DNA of 64,000 nt from contig NC_057731.1 of NCBI RefSeq assembly GCF_004010195.1, positions 17,884,720-17,948,719 of the forward strand, read 5' to 3'. How positions within the stretch are numbered: position 1 is the stretch's first letter; the number at the start of each line of letters is the position of its first letter. The position numbers and the translations under genes are program-made. This document shows positions 1 through 12,300 of this stretch, piece after piece. This DNA is from Chiloscyllium plagiosum (Eukaryota). Under the pieces are notes generated by a model, which was not told where the DNA came from, did no database searches, and was given only the letters and a program-made list of their open reading frames with translations.

Positions 1-903
1 ATGGTGTACTGCTATTTAGCATTTAAGATTTTTAAGAAGATGTTGACTCAGGAAATAGATATGTACACCAATGAAAATATGAAGGTCACTGATATAGAGG
101 GGAAAATAGTGAAAGGAAATATACGATACATGGTTGGGAGAGTGCGAAAAATACCAAAGTAAGTTTTGAGATGAGTTGAGAAGATGGGAGATGACAATAA
201 GACAAAGTATCTGGGAAATAATGAAGATTAGAAAGGAAGGCTGGAAGATAGACTTTTAATTCTTTCTGTGAGAAATGTGAAAAGAGTTAAGTTTGTTTAT
301 CATGTAAATGGAAAGTTAAGTACTGTCTGCACCGGTAATACAGTGCTAATTTAGTTCCCTGCATACCAATGAAAGCTGAAAATAAACACTGTATTCTGCT
401 TCCTGTCTGATAGAGTTTGAATGGCTAAAATTAAATTGTGGTGCTACAACGTTTAGCTTGAATCATAAGAAAGTAAATTCATTGAATTTTGCAATCCTTA
501 ATCTTGACTTTGCATTTTACTGCATTTCCTTCAGTAATTTGTTCTCTGACAAGTTGATTTATACATACATGTCCCTAATTTGAATAATTATTTTTAAAAA
601 GTCAGTTGCAGCTGTCTTGGATCATTGCTGACAATTAAATTGCAAAATTATCCCCATTTTGTTTTGCAGTTCTAGCAAAACACAGTAACACCTTAATAGA
701 AGCATGACCTGAGTAGGGAGTGTAGACTTCAGGGCAGCTATCCTTCGTGGTTATGATGCTTCAGCTACTTTCACTCCAGTAATAAACTGCACTTTTTCCT
801 CTGAAGGATTACCTTAGTAACTTGCATTGATGTTGTAATACCATTCACTACAAGTCACAAAATGACAGATAATATTCTAATTGTTATGCTTTCCTTTCAA
901 TAG

Positions 904-1078
904 TGATTCAGTCACGCATATTGTGACAGAGAATAATTCTTGGAATGAAATTTGGGACTGGATTCAAAACCTGAAGCTGTCAAATGCAGACAAGCTTAAG
1001 ATGCTCAATATCTCCTGGTTCACAGACAGCATGGCTGCTGGAAAGCCTGTGGAGATAGAGGAACGGCATAAGCTTCAG
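904..1078 (+). CDS. DNTT: TdT coding exon (human exon 2 equivalent), C-terminal half of BRCT domain
   Basis: AG at 902-903 and GT at 1079-1080; 175 nt. Translates (S)DSVTHIVTENNSWNEIWDWIQNLKLSNADKLKMLNISWFTDSMAAGKPVEIEERHKLQ, matching the TdT BRCT motif SDSVTHIVxENNS...SW...AGKPVE. Size matches human exon 2 as I recall it. Confidence 0.95.
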
Positions 1079-1810
1079 GTAAATGTTACCTTCCAGAACC
1101 ATCTGTGGTGTCTAGTATAATGCATGTTTACTGTAAGGCTTGTCAGCATTCTTGAGTGCGTTAGGTTATTTTGTTTCTACACCAGAGAGATTAAAGGCAG
1201 CTGATCATTCTGCACAAATCGAGCGTGTGCTGTAAAATAGTTTAAACTGAATAAAAGTGAGATCTTATTCTGACAAGTCAGTTGTTAATGGCTTCTGATC
1301 CAGATAGCAATAAGTTCCAAGCATATTGATAAGAAAGAACAACTGAAAGTATACGTGCAAACAATATTTATATGACAGACTTGAGATTATTAAATATTAC
1401 TCAGTGTCAGGCAACTGATGCACTTAAACAGTAAATGAAACTATTGACATCCTCCATCCTCCAACACCTGTCCTCCATTACCCAGTCTTGTCAGTCTGTC
1501 ATTCCTCCTCCCATTCCTACTCAATCATAATCAGAATATCATTTGTAATGGCTTCTCTTTGACTTCTATAAAGTTGCGTCGCAAGCTCCTAAGGATCTAT
1601 CCTTGGCTCTGTCTGGTTTTTAATCCATTAGCTGTTCCTTAGTGACACTGTCTGAAAACACAGTGCCAGTTTCCACAAGTATGCTGTTGATATTCTAATT
1701 CAAACTCACCGCCAACTGTCCTAAGCTCTCCACTGGCTTTAATTTGTCATGCTGCTTGTCAGACTTCCTCTGCTGGATGCAAAGAAATTTATTCTAATTA
1801 AATATTGGAA

Positions 1811-2150
1811 AGGCATGGTGGCTCAGTGTTAGCACTGCTGCCTCACAGCACCAGGGACCCAGGTTTGATTCCAGCCTCGGGTGACTATTTGTGTGGAGTT
1901 TGCACATTCTCCCCGTGTCTGTGTGGGTTTCCTCTGCTTGTTCCGGTTTCCTCCCACAGTCTAAAGATGTGCAGGTTAGGTGAATTGGCCAAGCTGAATT
2001 ACCCATAATGTTCATTGTAGGTTAGGTGCATTAGTCAGGGGAAATGTAGGGGAATGGGTCTGGGTGGGATACTTTTCAGAGGGTCAGTGTTGACTGGTTG
2101 GGCCAAATGGCCTGTTTCCACACTGTAGGGATTCTATAATTCTATGATTC
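1811..2150 (+). mobile_element. tRNA-derived V-SINE (HE1-like elasmobranch SINE)
   Basis: A box tggctcagtgttag, B-box-like ggtttgattcc, V-domain gtggagtttgcacattctccccgtgtctg, and a CR1-type tail ending in (attctat)-like repeats. Confidence 0.88.
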
Positions 2151-2283
2151 ACTCCTTGTCACAAACTCCACTCACTAGCCAATCATTCCATCCCTTTCCT
2201 TGGCTACTGTCTCATGCTCAACCAGAATTTTTGAAATTTGACACTAAGGTGAAAGTTCAACCCCCATTGCATTTCAATTATCA

Positions 2284-3091
2284 TGACGTGAAGGTGCTGG
2301 TGTTAGGCTGGGGTGGACAAAGATAAAAATGACACAACATCAGGTTATAGTCCAACAGGTTTATTTGTAAGTACTAGTTTTTAGAGCGCTGCTCCTTCAT
2401 CAGGTAGCTAGTAGAGCAGGATCATAGGACTTAGAATTTATAGTAAAAGATCAAAGTGTCATAGAACTGATGCAATGTATTGAACAAACGTAGTCTGCTG
2501 TTAAGTATTTAATCAATTAGAATGGGTTGCAGGTTTCCATTCATTTATATGTAAATCCCAGAACATCTTTCAAGTCACATTCCCGAGATAACTTAAGGTT
2601 TCAAAAAAAAGGTGACATCTCAGCTCAGATAATACATTAAAGGTGTGAGATTAGAGTCTGTCTGTATTCCAACCTTGAGTCAGACTGGTTCTATTTCTAA
2701 GGTAGGAGTTTATAAACTGCCACATGGAGTGACTGCCTTCACATTGTGTGCTTTGTGAACAAAATAGAAGTACCTGCAAGTACAAATCTGCAAATGCAAA
2801 TTCACCTCCTAGACTTATATGTGTGGGTGTGGGAGAGAGGGAGCATGTGTGTGTGTGTGTGTGTGTATGTGTGTGTATGCGCGCGCGTGTGTGAGAGAGA
2901 GTGTCTGAGCTGAGATGTCTTTTTTTTTAAAACCTTAAGTTATCTTGGGAATGTGACTTGAAAGAAGTTCTGGGATTTCTGTGTCCTATACTCCTGCACC
3001 ATTTGCTACCTGACAAAGCAGCAGCGCTCCGAAAGCTAGTGCTTCCAAATAAGCCTGTTGGACTATAAACTGGTGTTGTGTGATTTTTAAC
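2284..3091. mobile_element. Non-coding fold-back Penelope-derived element with HHR-like motifs in both arms and an internal (TG)n/(GA)n tract
   Basis: 12-bp TSD tttcaattatca at 2272-2283 and 3092-3103. Outer inverted arms at ~2320-2430 and ~2980-3091; inner inverted pair at ~2556-2630 and ~2904-2977. Confidence 0.8.
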
Positions 3092-3518
3092 TTTCAATTA
3101 TCAGGGTTGCCTAGTTTCACCTCCACTACACCATCCTCTCTGCCCTGTCTCAGTTCATCTGCTGCATCTAGCTTTGACTATTCCAGTGCTTTTGGCTCCT
3201 TCCCTCCTTAAACTTGATCTCCTCCAAAATGTTACTTCCTGTGTCCTAACTCACCCCAAATCCTGATCATCTACCATTTCAATTCTTGTTCACCAACATT
3301 CTTTACCCCCTAACAATGCCTAGATTTTAAAACCCCCATCTATGGCTTCAAACCTCTTGGTCACATCAATCCCTGTAACCTCCTCCAGCCTCATAACTTT
3401 CTGAGGCATCTGTCCACCTCAACTTATGGCCTTTTGCACATTCTCAAATTCTCTCCCTAAAATTCTCCTACTTTATTCTCTGTTCCCTTTTAAAATGTTA
3501 CTTAAAAATTATCCCTTT

Positions 3519-5958
3519 GAAGGTCCCAGAGGACTGTGCTTCATACAGGCCCATTTCACTCATATATGGACTTTAAAATCCTCTCTAAGATTCTTGCGTT
3601 AAGGCTGAAAACTGTGTTACCTTCTACTGTTAAAGAGGACCAGATGGGCTTCATAAAGGGCCACAGATCCTCCAATAACATTAGGAGATTGCTTAACATA
3701 ATTCAAGCATGTCAATAACAGTCAATACAGAGATTGGTGATTTCTCTATTTGATGCCACATCAAATTTGACCGAGTTGAGTGGCCGTACCTTTTCTATAC
3801 TCTGGAGCGGTTTGGCTTGGGCGAAGTCTTTGTAAGATGGGTAAAGGTTCTCTACAGTGACCCTCTCGCTGCGGTCATCACCAGTGGGGTACGATGAAGC
3901 AATTTTAACAGTTTTAGGAGCAGCCAGCAGGGCTGTCCCCCTTTGCCGTTGCTTTTTACATTGGTGATTGAACCATTGGCAGAGGCTAATTGTAGGATCC
4001 TAATATATCCGCTCCAGAATTGGGGTCAAAATTACATAAGATTTTGTTGTACGTGGACGATGTCCTAATTTTTTTGTCAAATCCAGCAGTTTCCATGCCC
4101 AGCCTGAAAATGCATTTGGCGCATTTTCGGGATACAAGATTAATCTTGCAAAGTCAGAAGCTATGCCTATGGATGGTCTTACGAAGGAGCTAGGTTTTGA
4201 GGGCGAGCATCGATTCCCATTTTGGTGGTCACGGGGGTTTTGTGTATTTGGGCATATTCATTACTCCATTTCTTGATCTGTTGTTCAAAGCTAATTTTGT
4301 TAAATTATTTGACAAAATCAAACAAGATCTTCAAAGATGGGAGGCACTTCCAGTCTCGTGATTGGGTCAGATAGTGCTTATTAAGATGAATATTCTCTCC
4401 CGTTTGTTCTACGCTAGGTAGATGCTCCCCCGATTTCAATAAGCAAATATTCAGGAGACTGAAAGGCTCTTATTTGGTATCGTAAGCAGCCCCTCATTAA
4501 ATTAGCTAAACCGCAATTGCCTCACAGATTGGGGGGGAGTGGATGTCCTGGACATTAAAAGCTACTAACTAAGCTCACTTTTATCCTACGTGAATGATTG
4601 GGCCTGTGGGGGGCGTCTTTCAATATGGTTAGGTATTGATACCTCTGAGGCGGGGTCGCCCCTTACTAGCTTGCTGTTTTTGGACAAAATGAGGACAGTC
4701 AGAGAATATTGCCATAACCCAATAGTTATCAATACTGTTAAGGCATTTACGGCAATTCGGCAGAGGGATCGCAATAGTGGTAAAACATATTCTCTTTCGC
4801 CTATAGTTGGTATGCCGGGTTTTCAACCGGGGATGATAGATTCAGGATTCGAACATTGGACAGCTAGGGGTGTGTCTTGCATGGGCGATTTATTTGAGGG
4901 AGACACAATGATGTCCTTTTGATCAGTTAGCGTGGAAATATGAGCTATCTAACAGGGGCCTCTTCTGTTTTTCTCAAGTTAGGGATTTTATTCAAAAACA
5001 AATTACACTTTTGACTGATCCCTACACATCTGACGTAGACAGGAGGGTGCTCAGTGCTAAGAGTACACTTTCTGTCAGCACGTTTTTCATCAATTGGGGG
5101 TGCCCCCTCAGATGAGTTCGATCGACTCCGCAGGGTGTGGGAGAGAGAGCTAGGTGTTGAAGTTTCCTCAGAGGCGTGGGAAGATATTTGGGAAAATGCC
5201 AGAAAGATATCAATTTGCCATAGGACCCATGCTTTACAGTTGAAGATTCTCCACAGTGTCCACATGGCTCTGGACCGTTTGTCAAAATTTAAACCAGGGG
5301 TATCTTCAGCATGTCCCAAGTGCAAGGCCTGTATGGGCACTCTTACCCATTGTCTCTGGTCCTATGATCCTTCTTACTTCACACTGTCCAGTGTGTTCCC
5401 TGCAGATGCATTTAAGAAAACACTTTTCAACATCCTCACTTTCTACACAAGAAAGAATATCTTGCTAGGTTGGTTATCCGACAAACCTCCCGGGCTTGGG
5501 TTGGCAGAAGATTGTTATGGAGCATATCCCCTTGGATTTTTCACAAGTATGGTACACCATAAAACTGACACTATTTCTAAGATATGGCAGCCCTTTTTGG
5601 AATACCTGCACACAGATTTATCTGCCACGCTAATAAGGGCTTTTAAATAACCGTAACAATTGTATTTTAGAGTCCAATATCCAGGGAGGAGGGACTGCAA
5701 ATGTATCAGTGTCTTATTTGGCTGAATTGAGTTATTACTATCTATCAGTTTTGTTGTTGGTTATTATTTAGTTAGTTAAATAGTTAGTTTTGTTTTCTTA
5801 TATATTTTTCTATATATATTTATACATTCGTACAAGAGGGTGGATTGGGTTTTTCCTTTTCTTGTGTTCTTTCTTTGTATTGTTTTGAATTGTATTGTTT
5901 TGTATTTGTTGTAATATTTAAAAAATATATTTTTTCAATAGAAATATATTTAAAAAAT
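3519..5958 (+). mobile_element. 5'-truncated L1/Tx1-clade LINE, frameshifted ORF2 (RT and C-terminal Cys-rich region)
   Basis: DFKILSKILALRLKTVLP...DQMGFIKG, QGCP, YVDD (~4049-4061), CPKC...HCLW; A-rich tail. 14-bp TSD aaaattatcccttt at 3505-3518 and 5959-5972, at a TT/AAAA site. Confidence 0.9.
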
Positions 5959-7029
5959 AAAATTATCCCTTTAATTATGCCTTTGCTCACATGGCCTAAT
6001 ATTTACTTGTGGAGTTTGGTGTTAATTTTTGACATCATGCTTCAGTATAATTGGAAGTAAGAAGAATCATAGGAGCAGTAGCCCATTCAGTTGCGCAAGC
6101 ATCCGCCACTGAATGGATGGATTGTATCATAACTCTACTGATCTGCCCCTCCATCCATAATCCTTAATGACCTTTATTCATTCATAGAACGTGGACATCA
6201 TTAACAAGAGAAGGATTTATTGCTCATCCCAAGTTGCCTTTGAATGTGTTTTGTTAATCTGTCTTCTTAGACTATAATAGTCAGTATGGTAAAGGTACTC
6301 CTCCGATGTCCTGTTAGCTTCTTCCATTGGGGATTTGCCCTGGGATTTTCACTCAGTGACAATGAAGGAATTATGAAATATTTCCAAATCAGGATGATTT
6401 GGTGCACTGTGGAGGAAAATTTGGGGATCATAACATTTCCCTATGCTTGTTGACTTTGTCCTTCTGGATGATAACTAATGTGGGCTTAGATGGTGGTATC
6501 AGAGGAGTCTTGGCAAGTTGCTCAAGTACCTTCTGAGGTGGCACACACAATATAGCAGCCAAGGAACACCATTGCTGCAAGGAGTGGTGGATTTAAGCTG
6601 GTGGATAGGGTGCTAATCAAGTGGATTGCTTTGTCTGGATAAGCACTCCTCTAGAAGGTGGAGGTCTGGGTGGAGGTCTCACCACAGAAAATGAATCATA
6701 ATGCTACCAAGCAAGTTGGTTATCAATCTGTAAATCTTTCCAATATGCCAATGCCAGGCAGTAAGAGTAAGATGGCTTCCTGGCCAGCCGGAAGCCAGCA
6801 GTAGCTGCAATACAACAGCTGTTCCCCTGTTAAGAGATTCTATATGCAGGTTTTTGCCTTGAGCAAACATCATTCTCACTCCTAAAATCTACAATACATT
6901 CAGTCAGTCAAGTTGAGAGTATTCTATTAGACTCCTGACCTGTACCTTTTAGATCATGGGAAGGCTTTTGAATGCCAGGTACTATAATGATCATGGAAAG
7001 AGCTCAATTAGAACTAAAGACTCACAATT

Positions 7030-7450
7030 TAAGACTTTGAAGACTTTGAATTTTAAGACTTTGTCTTAAATTGTCTTTGTTTTTTAAATTATTTTTCTTA
7101 ATTATATCATCATGGAAGGACTGTTATTCTGAATTTTTTATTTCTTTATTTTTCTAATTTATTACTATGACTTCTCACTATTGAAGGTCTGAAACGCTAG
7201 TCTGTTTTCTTTATTTTTTTTTCCTGAGAATTTTTATTTAAGAATCTGTATCTAGGTACCTTGGCACCTAAGATGGCGACATAAGGGTAACTTGTAAACT
7301 TTTCACTATGAGTACAAATGATAATAAACCTAATTCAATTCAATTCAATCAAAATGACAGGGGAAAGAGCTCACTTAGAACTAAAGATGCACAATTTAAA
7401 CTTTTCACTATGAGTACATAATGATTATAAAGCTAATTCACTTCAATTGA
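7030..7450 (+). mobile_element. Two Rex1-like LINE 3'-end fragments with (TTCAA)n tails
   Basis: ttttcact..gagtaca...aataaa..aattcaattcaattc resembles the 3' tail of the Rex1-like element at 59020-59075. Confidence 0.55.
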
Positions 7451-8899
7451 AATCCCCAGTACCTGCTCCGAGGGTATTAAAAAAAGTGCCGATTGATATG
7501 ATAAATGATTGTAATTTTCCAAAATTCTCTAGATTCTGGAAAGATCCAATCATATTTTTTTTCAAGAAAATATGGATACAGAATTTAAGGATTTTCAGGG
7601 ACATTATTAACGTGGATTTGGGACTTCCTTACCAGCAGAAATCAAGGAATGAAATGGAATAAGGAATCATCCTCTCCAAGAGATGTACTGATGGGTTGCC
7701 CCTGGGAATTGTGCTGTGAACTTCCCTTACCTTGGTTTACAATTAGTTAACAAGCAGGTTGTGACTATTCACAGAAGACTGAATGGTTTACATGTCAGAG
7801 AAAATTGAGATCATAAAAGATCACTGCGAAATGATCTTCTGGAATGGAAAAAATGAGGGGTGGTTCTCAACAAGAAAAAAATGTTATGTCATGCGCATCC
7901 CCAATTAAAAAAAAAACCGATATCTTTAGTTTCTGTAATAAAATTCTCCAACAGGTAGATACGCAACCATGACTGAGGGGTTTATGTTAAAAATAATCTT
8001 TAATGAGAATTCCACGTTCTGCAGATAAGTTCCACAGTAACCAGAGGTCAGACCTCTTCGGAGGAATCTTTGTTATTGCATCAAAAATATCAGAATTACA
8101 GCTAATGAAACACTGGTTTGTCCAATGGCAGAAGATGTAAGCGTTTGTGGGATCTGTGTACATTGCGAGATATAAATAAGATTGAAACAATTCAAAGCTG
8201 TGCTGCACAGTTCTGCATGAAGCAGTATGGGAGATACAACAGTGCTGCATCATTGATCAAAGATTTGGAGTGAGAATCACAACAGCAAAGGAAGAAGAAC
8301 GTCTGACTGACCATTTTCTATAAAATATGGAACAGACTGGTGGGAATTGATAGAATCATGTGCTTTCTAGCCTCTGATAGTGATAAAGAACAGGGCAGGT
8401 ATCTGCACAAATTTCAAAGACTGGTTGTTTCCAAGGTAGTGCATCAAAAATCTTTCTTCTCAGGGCTATTCCCAAAATGGAACAAGCTGTCAAAGGAAAT
8501 AGTCACAGCCTCACTCCTTCACATTATCAGAATCCACCTTCAACTTAATTCCATTTAAAAGTTTTCAATATCAGGACTATCCTTTCAACAGCTAATACTA
8601 AAGAGTCAAATATGGTATGAGAGAAAACATTTCAGACAACAAGTGGCTTCGTTTTGGAATGCACTGTCTGAAAGTGAAGTGGAGCCAAGTGCAATCAATG
8701 AAATGAACATGGCATTAACTGATTGTTTGAACAGAAACACTGCACAGGGTTACAGGGAAAGAACAGGGGATTCAGTTATGGTGCTGATTTGAAGAGCTGA
8801 TGCAGAAACTGGTGGGGTGGGGAGCTAATTGGCCTAGGGCACTGTGACAATTCTGTGATGTACAATTTTGCTCTCTTTACTTAACAAAGAAACAGTTTC

Positions 8900-9380
8900 A
8901 TTAGAAACAGTTCTGAGAATGTCCACTCATCTGATTCTTGAAATGAAGGAATTATTTTATGAGGGAAGTTTGGGTCTATACCAATTACAACTTGAAGAAT
9001 GAGAACTAATCTTATTGAAGCATATGAGAACATTTGAGGGCGTTTGATGTTGACAGGATGTTAACCTCTTGTGGGGCATCTAGAACTAGAGAACATATTT
9101 TAAAAATAAGGGGTCTTTCATTTAAGATCGAGTTGGGAAGAAATGTCTTCTCAAAGAGAGTTGTTAGCCTTTGCAGCTCTTATCCATTGCGATCAGCAGT
9201 GGCAAGATAATGAATATTTTTAAGGCTGTGATAGATAAGTTCTTCATGTGAAGCCAGCAAAAGGATATAGCGGAAAGGACAGGAAAGTGGAGTTGAGACC
9301 ACAATCAGCCACAATCTAATCAAATGATGGAGAAGCACAAAGGACTGAATGGCCTACTCCTTCTCCTAAGCATATGTTAT
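8900..9380 (+). mobile_element. CR1-like LINE 3' fragment
   Basis: Decayed CR1 ORF2 C-terminus and 3' UTR ending aaggactgaatggcctactccttctcct. Confidence 0.65.
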
Positions 9381-12300
9381 TCTCTACATAAGTGCATTGG
9401 AGAGTTATTCACCACAGGATACCCAATATTTGACCTGCTTTCATCACAGAATTCCTAGCCTGTAATGGATCTTGTCACCAAAGTGTTTATATGGTTGACC
9501 GTTGTCTACTTTTTTCGACGTGGACAGTGACATTGTTGAGCAACTGCGAATGGAATGGAATATTATACAATCATCAGTGAATATTCCCACTTCTTACCTT
9601 GTGGTGGAGAGAAGAGCATTGAGGAAGCAGTTGAAGATGGTGTTCCAACCCACTGGGATAGTGTGCCGTACATTGAGCTGGAGTTGTACTTAAAGTTTTT
9701 TTTAAGGTACACAATATTCTCATTTACAAACTTTCAGACCAAGGTTGATAGAAATTGCAGACCAGGTTTTGATACTAAATAAGAATTATTATTTATTATA
9801 AGAATTACACTACAGCTGCAAGTAAACAGATATAACCCACATTTTAAAAATCCCCTTATAAATGCATCCTAACATACAGCCAGACAAATAAATAGATTAT
9901 TGGTGGAGCTAGAAAAACTGGGCAATCAGTTCAGTTTTCTTTGCTTTCTGATTTTGATGTTGAAATGACCCATCGTTGGCTGCCAGACCCCGACATTCAG
10001 ATGCCTTTCTCTGGAAGCTTTCACTTGTGAAGTTTGCAGACAGACTAATTACTTGCGAAGATATCTGTAATTTGTCAGTTCAAAGTCACAGCTCACAGCA
10101 ATTACTCGAGGAAAGGTAACTGGTTTTCTTCTAGTTTGAGTTGAGTTTTTACTGCAGAGACCAGGCAGCTTCTACTGGGGAAACCAACAGAACATACTTC
10201 TGTGATGTTTTATCTCTATGTGTCTGTGTCTCTGTAATTTGTTCCCAGTTCCAAGCTGCTGAGTTAGCTGGAAACCAATCCATTTCTATTATAAAAACTT
10301 CTCAGATTCTAATCTTCTGCACTTTGTAGGAACCCAGAGCCACAACAAAAAGCAAAGATTACAATCGATATCGCATTCCTTGCTGTAAAGTTATGCTGGC
10401 AGTCTGGTAAATTCTTGTTTCTAAAAACAGTTCTCTCTCATGGTAGTCCACAGTTTTTAAAAACACAAAAATAATTTTAAAAAAACACATTCCTTACAAT
10501 AAAAGTAATAAAAGATTTTCCAGCATTTTCTGTTTTGGTTTCACATTCCTTACAATGCTGGTCTAGTACACTATTCTGCAAAATTCCTGCAGAGTTGTCC
10601 TGGGTTTGAGGTGATTGGCCACCAACACCAGAACAATTTTCATTTGCGCCAGATATGATTCTAGGCAGGGGAAATTTTTCCTCCAAAATCCCATTGACAT
10701 ATTTCTTTTAGGGCTGTGTTATTCTGCACTCAGACACATGTGGCCTTGATGCCAAGGGCAGTCTCTCTCACCTCACCTCTGAAATTCAGCTCCTTAGTCT
10801 ATGTTTGTATCTAGACTGTTATAAAGTCTGAAGCAGAATGATTTTGGTTGAACTATAGCTCTGTCAATGACACCTTTTATAATTTTGCTGCTAGGGTGAT
10901 GATTAGCTGGTGTGGATTTGCTGTACTTTTTGTGAATAAGACATTGTTGAGCAATTTTGCACTTTGTGTGGTACATGTTGCAAATGTTTGGCTTGAGATG
11001 TGGTTCTTTCTAGAGCACAAGTCTTCAACACAGCATTTGTCAATTGTCAGGGTCCATAGTTTTTGCTATATTCAGTCACTCCGCTCTATCTCGATATCCC
11101 ATCGAGTGAATAAGATAGTTGCAAAAGCCTCAGACCTGTCTTGCATTCATGCACTAGGTTCCAAATTAATTTAACCTTCTCCTCTCAGCTGTTTAATTTT
11201 CCATCTTTCCTGTCTGAATATTGCAGGACTACAGACCTTTGATTTGATTTTAGATTGAGCAACCAGTTAACTGTACCTAACGTTTGCTGCATTCACTGGT
11301 GAGTATGCACGTTAACTAGTGTTGTAGTTTCACTGGGTTGAGATCTTAGTTTCAAGTGCACCTGTAGCTGCGTCTTGCATGTTCTTTTACTCTCCTCACT
11401 GAGACATGATCATCTAGACTATAATGAAGGATTGACCAGGCCATGAGTTTACAGATAGTGGTGGATTGAAATTCTGCTGATCCTTAAAAACCATAGCATT
11501 TTCTGGAGGTACGGAAAGATTCATGATCCTTTGCAAGAGGAAAGCCCACATTACCTGTGTTTGAAATGGTGCTTGTTCTGAATGGTCCTTGTTCTGAAAC
11601 TATGCTACAAGCTCTCAATTCCCCAATGAGTCTACCCCGCTGAGCTATTTCAATAAGATCGTCTCTCATTCGTCTAAACTCCGGTGACAGAGACTTAACC
11701 TACTCAACCTTTTCTCAAAAGGCAACCCTTTAACTTCAGAAATCAACTAAGTGAACCTTCTTTGTACGGTCTCCAAAACAAATAAATCATCATATAATAA
11801 AACTGTACTCTAGGTGTAATTTCACTAATGTTTGGTGCAGTTACATCAAGAGTTCTTCCTTTTACATCCATCCTCCTTGCAATAAGACCAACATTTCATT
11901 TGCCCATTTACTTATTTGCTTTACTTGCATACTGTAGGAAGATTAAAGTTGCCAATTCACCAAGTCACAATGGCAATAATTCTGATGGGAGAGATGCTCA
12001 TAAGGGCTATGTGAAGCATTGCTGTTGGATATAATATCTTGGACAAATACAGAATGTAAAGTTGCAGCTGCAATTTGTCACTTTGTTCCTGGCACAGACG
12101 CAGAAGGTAGACTACATGCTGACAGTTGTTGTGGTTCTATTTTGATCACAGCCTTGCAAAAGTCTCAATAATCTGGCTCACCTTTCAAAGTTACAGAAAA
12201 TTATTTTTCTTCCTTGCTCAGTGCATCTGGATTTGGATTTCACTGAGTCTGGATGTAAGAAAGGATTGGCAAAGGTTTTTGCAGAATGACAAAATGGCTG

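Larger units (their letters stand above)
1560..6060 (+). mobile_element. Old degenerate L2-like LINE 3' remnant acting as host for nested insertions (pieces at ~1560-1810, 2150-2283, 3092-3518, 5959-6060)
   Basis: Decayed PQGS.LGP and YADD-like DNA at 1585-1695. The pieces rejoin when the TSD-bounded inserts are removed. Boundaries approximate. Confidence 0.5.

Noticed and set aside
881-1120. Stand-alone 79-aa gene
   Set aside because: It is DNTT exon 2 plus intronic read-through.
1811-1885. tRNA gene
   Set aside because: The A/B boxes belong to a SINE head that continues into the V-domain and LINE tail.
9641-10497. Possible solo LTR (TG...CA)
   Set aside because: No matching TSD, no second copy and no internal domain in the window; cannot be supported without a repeat library.
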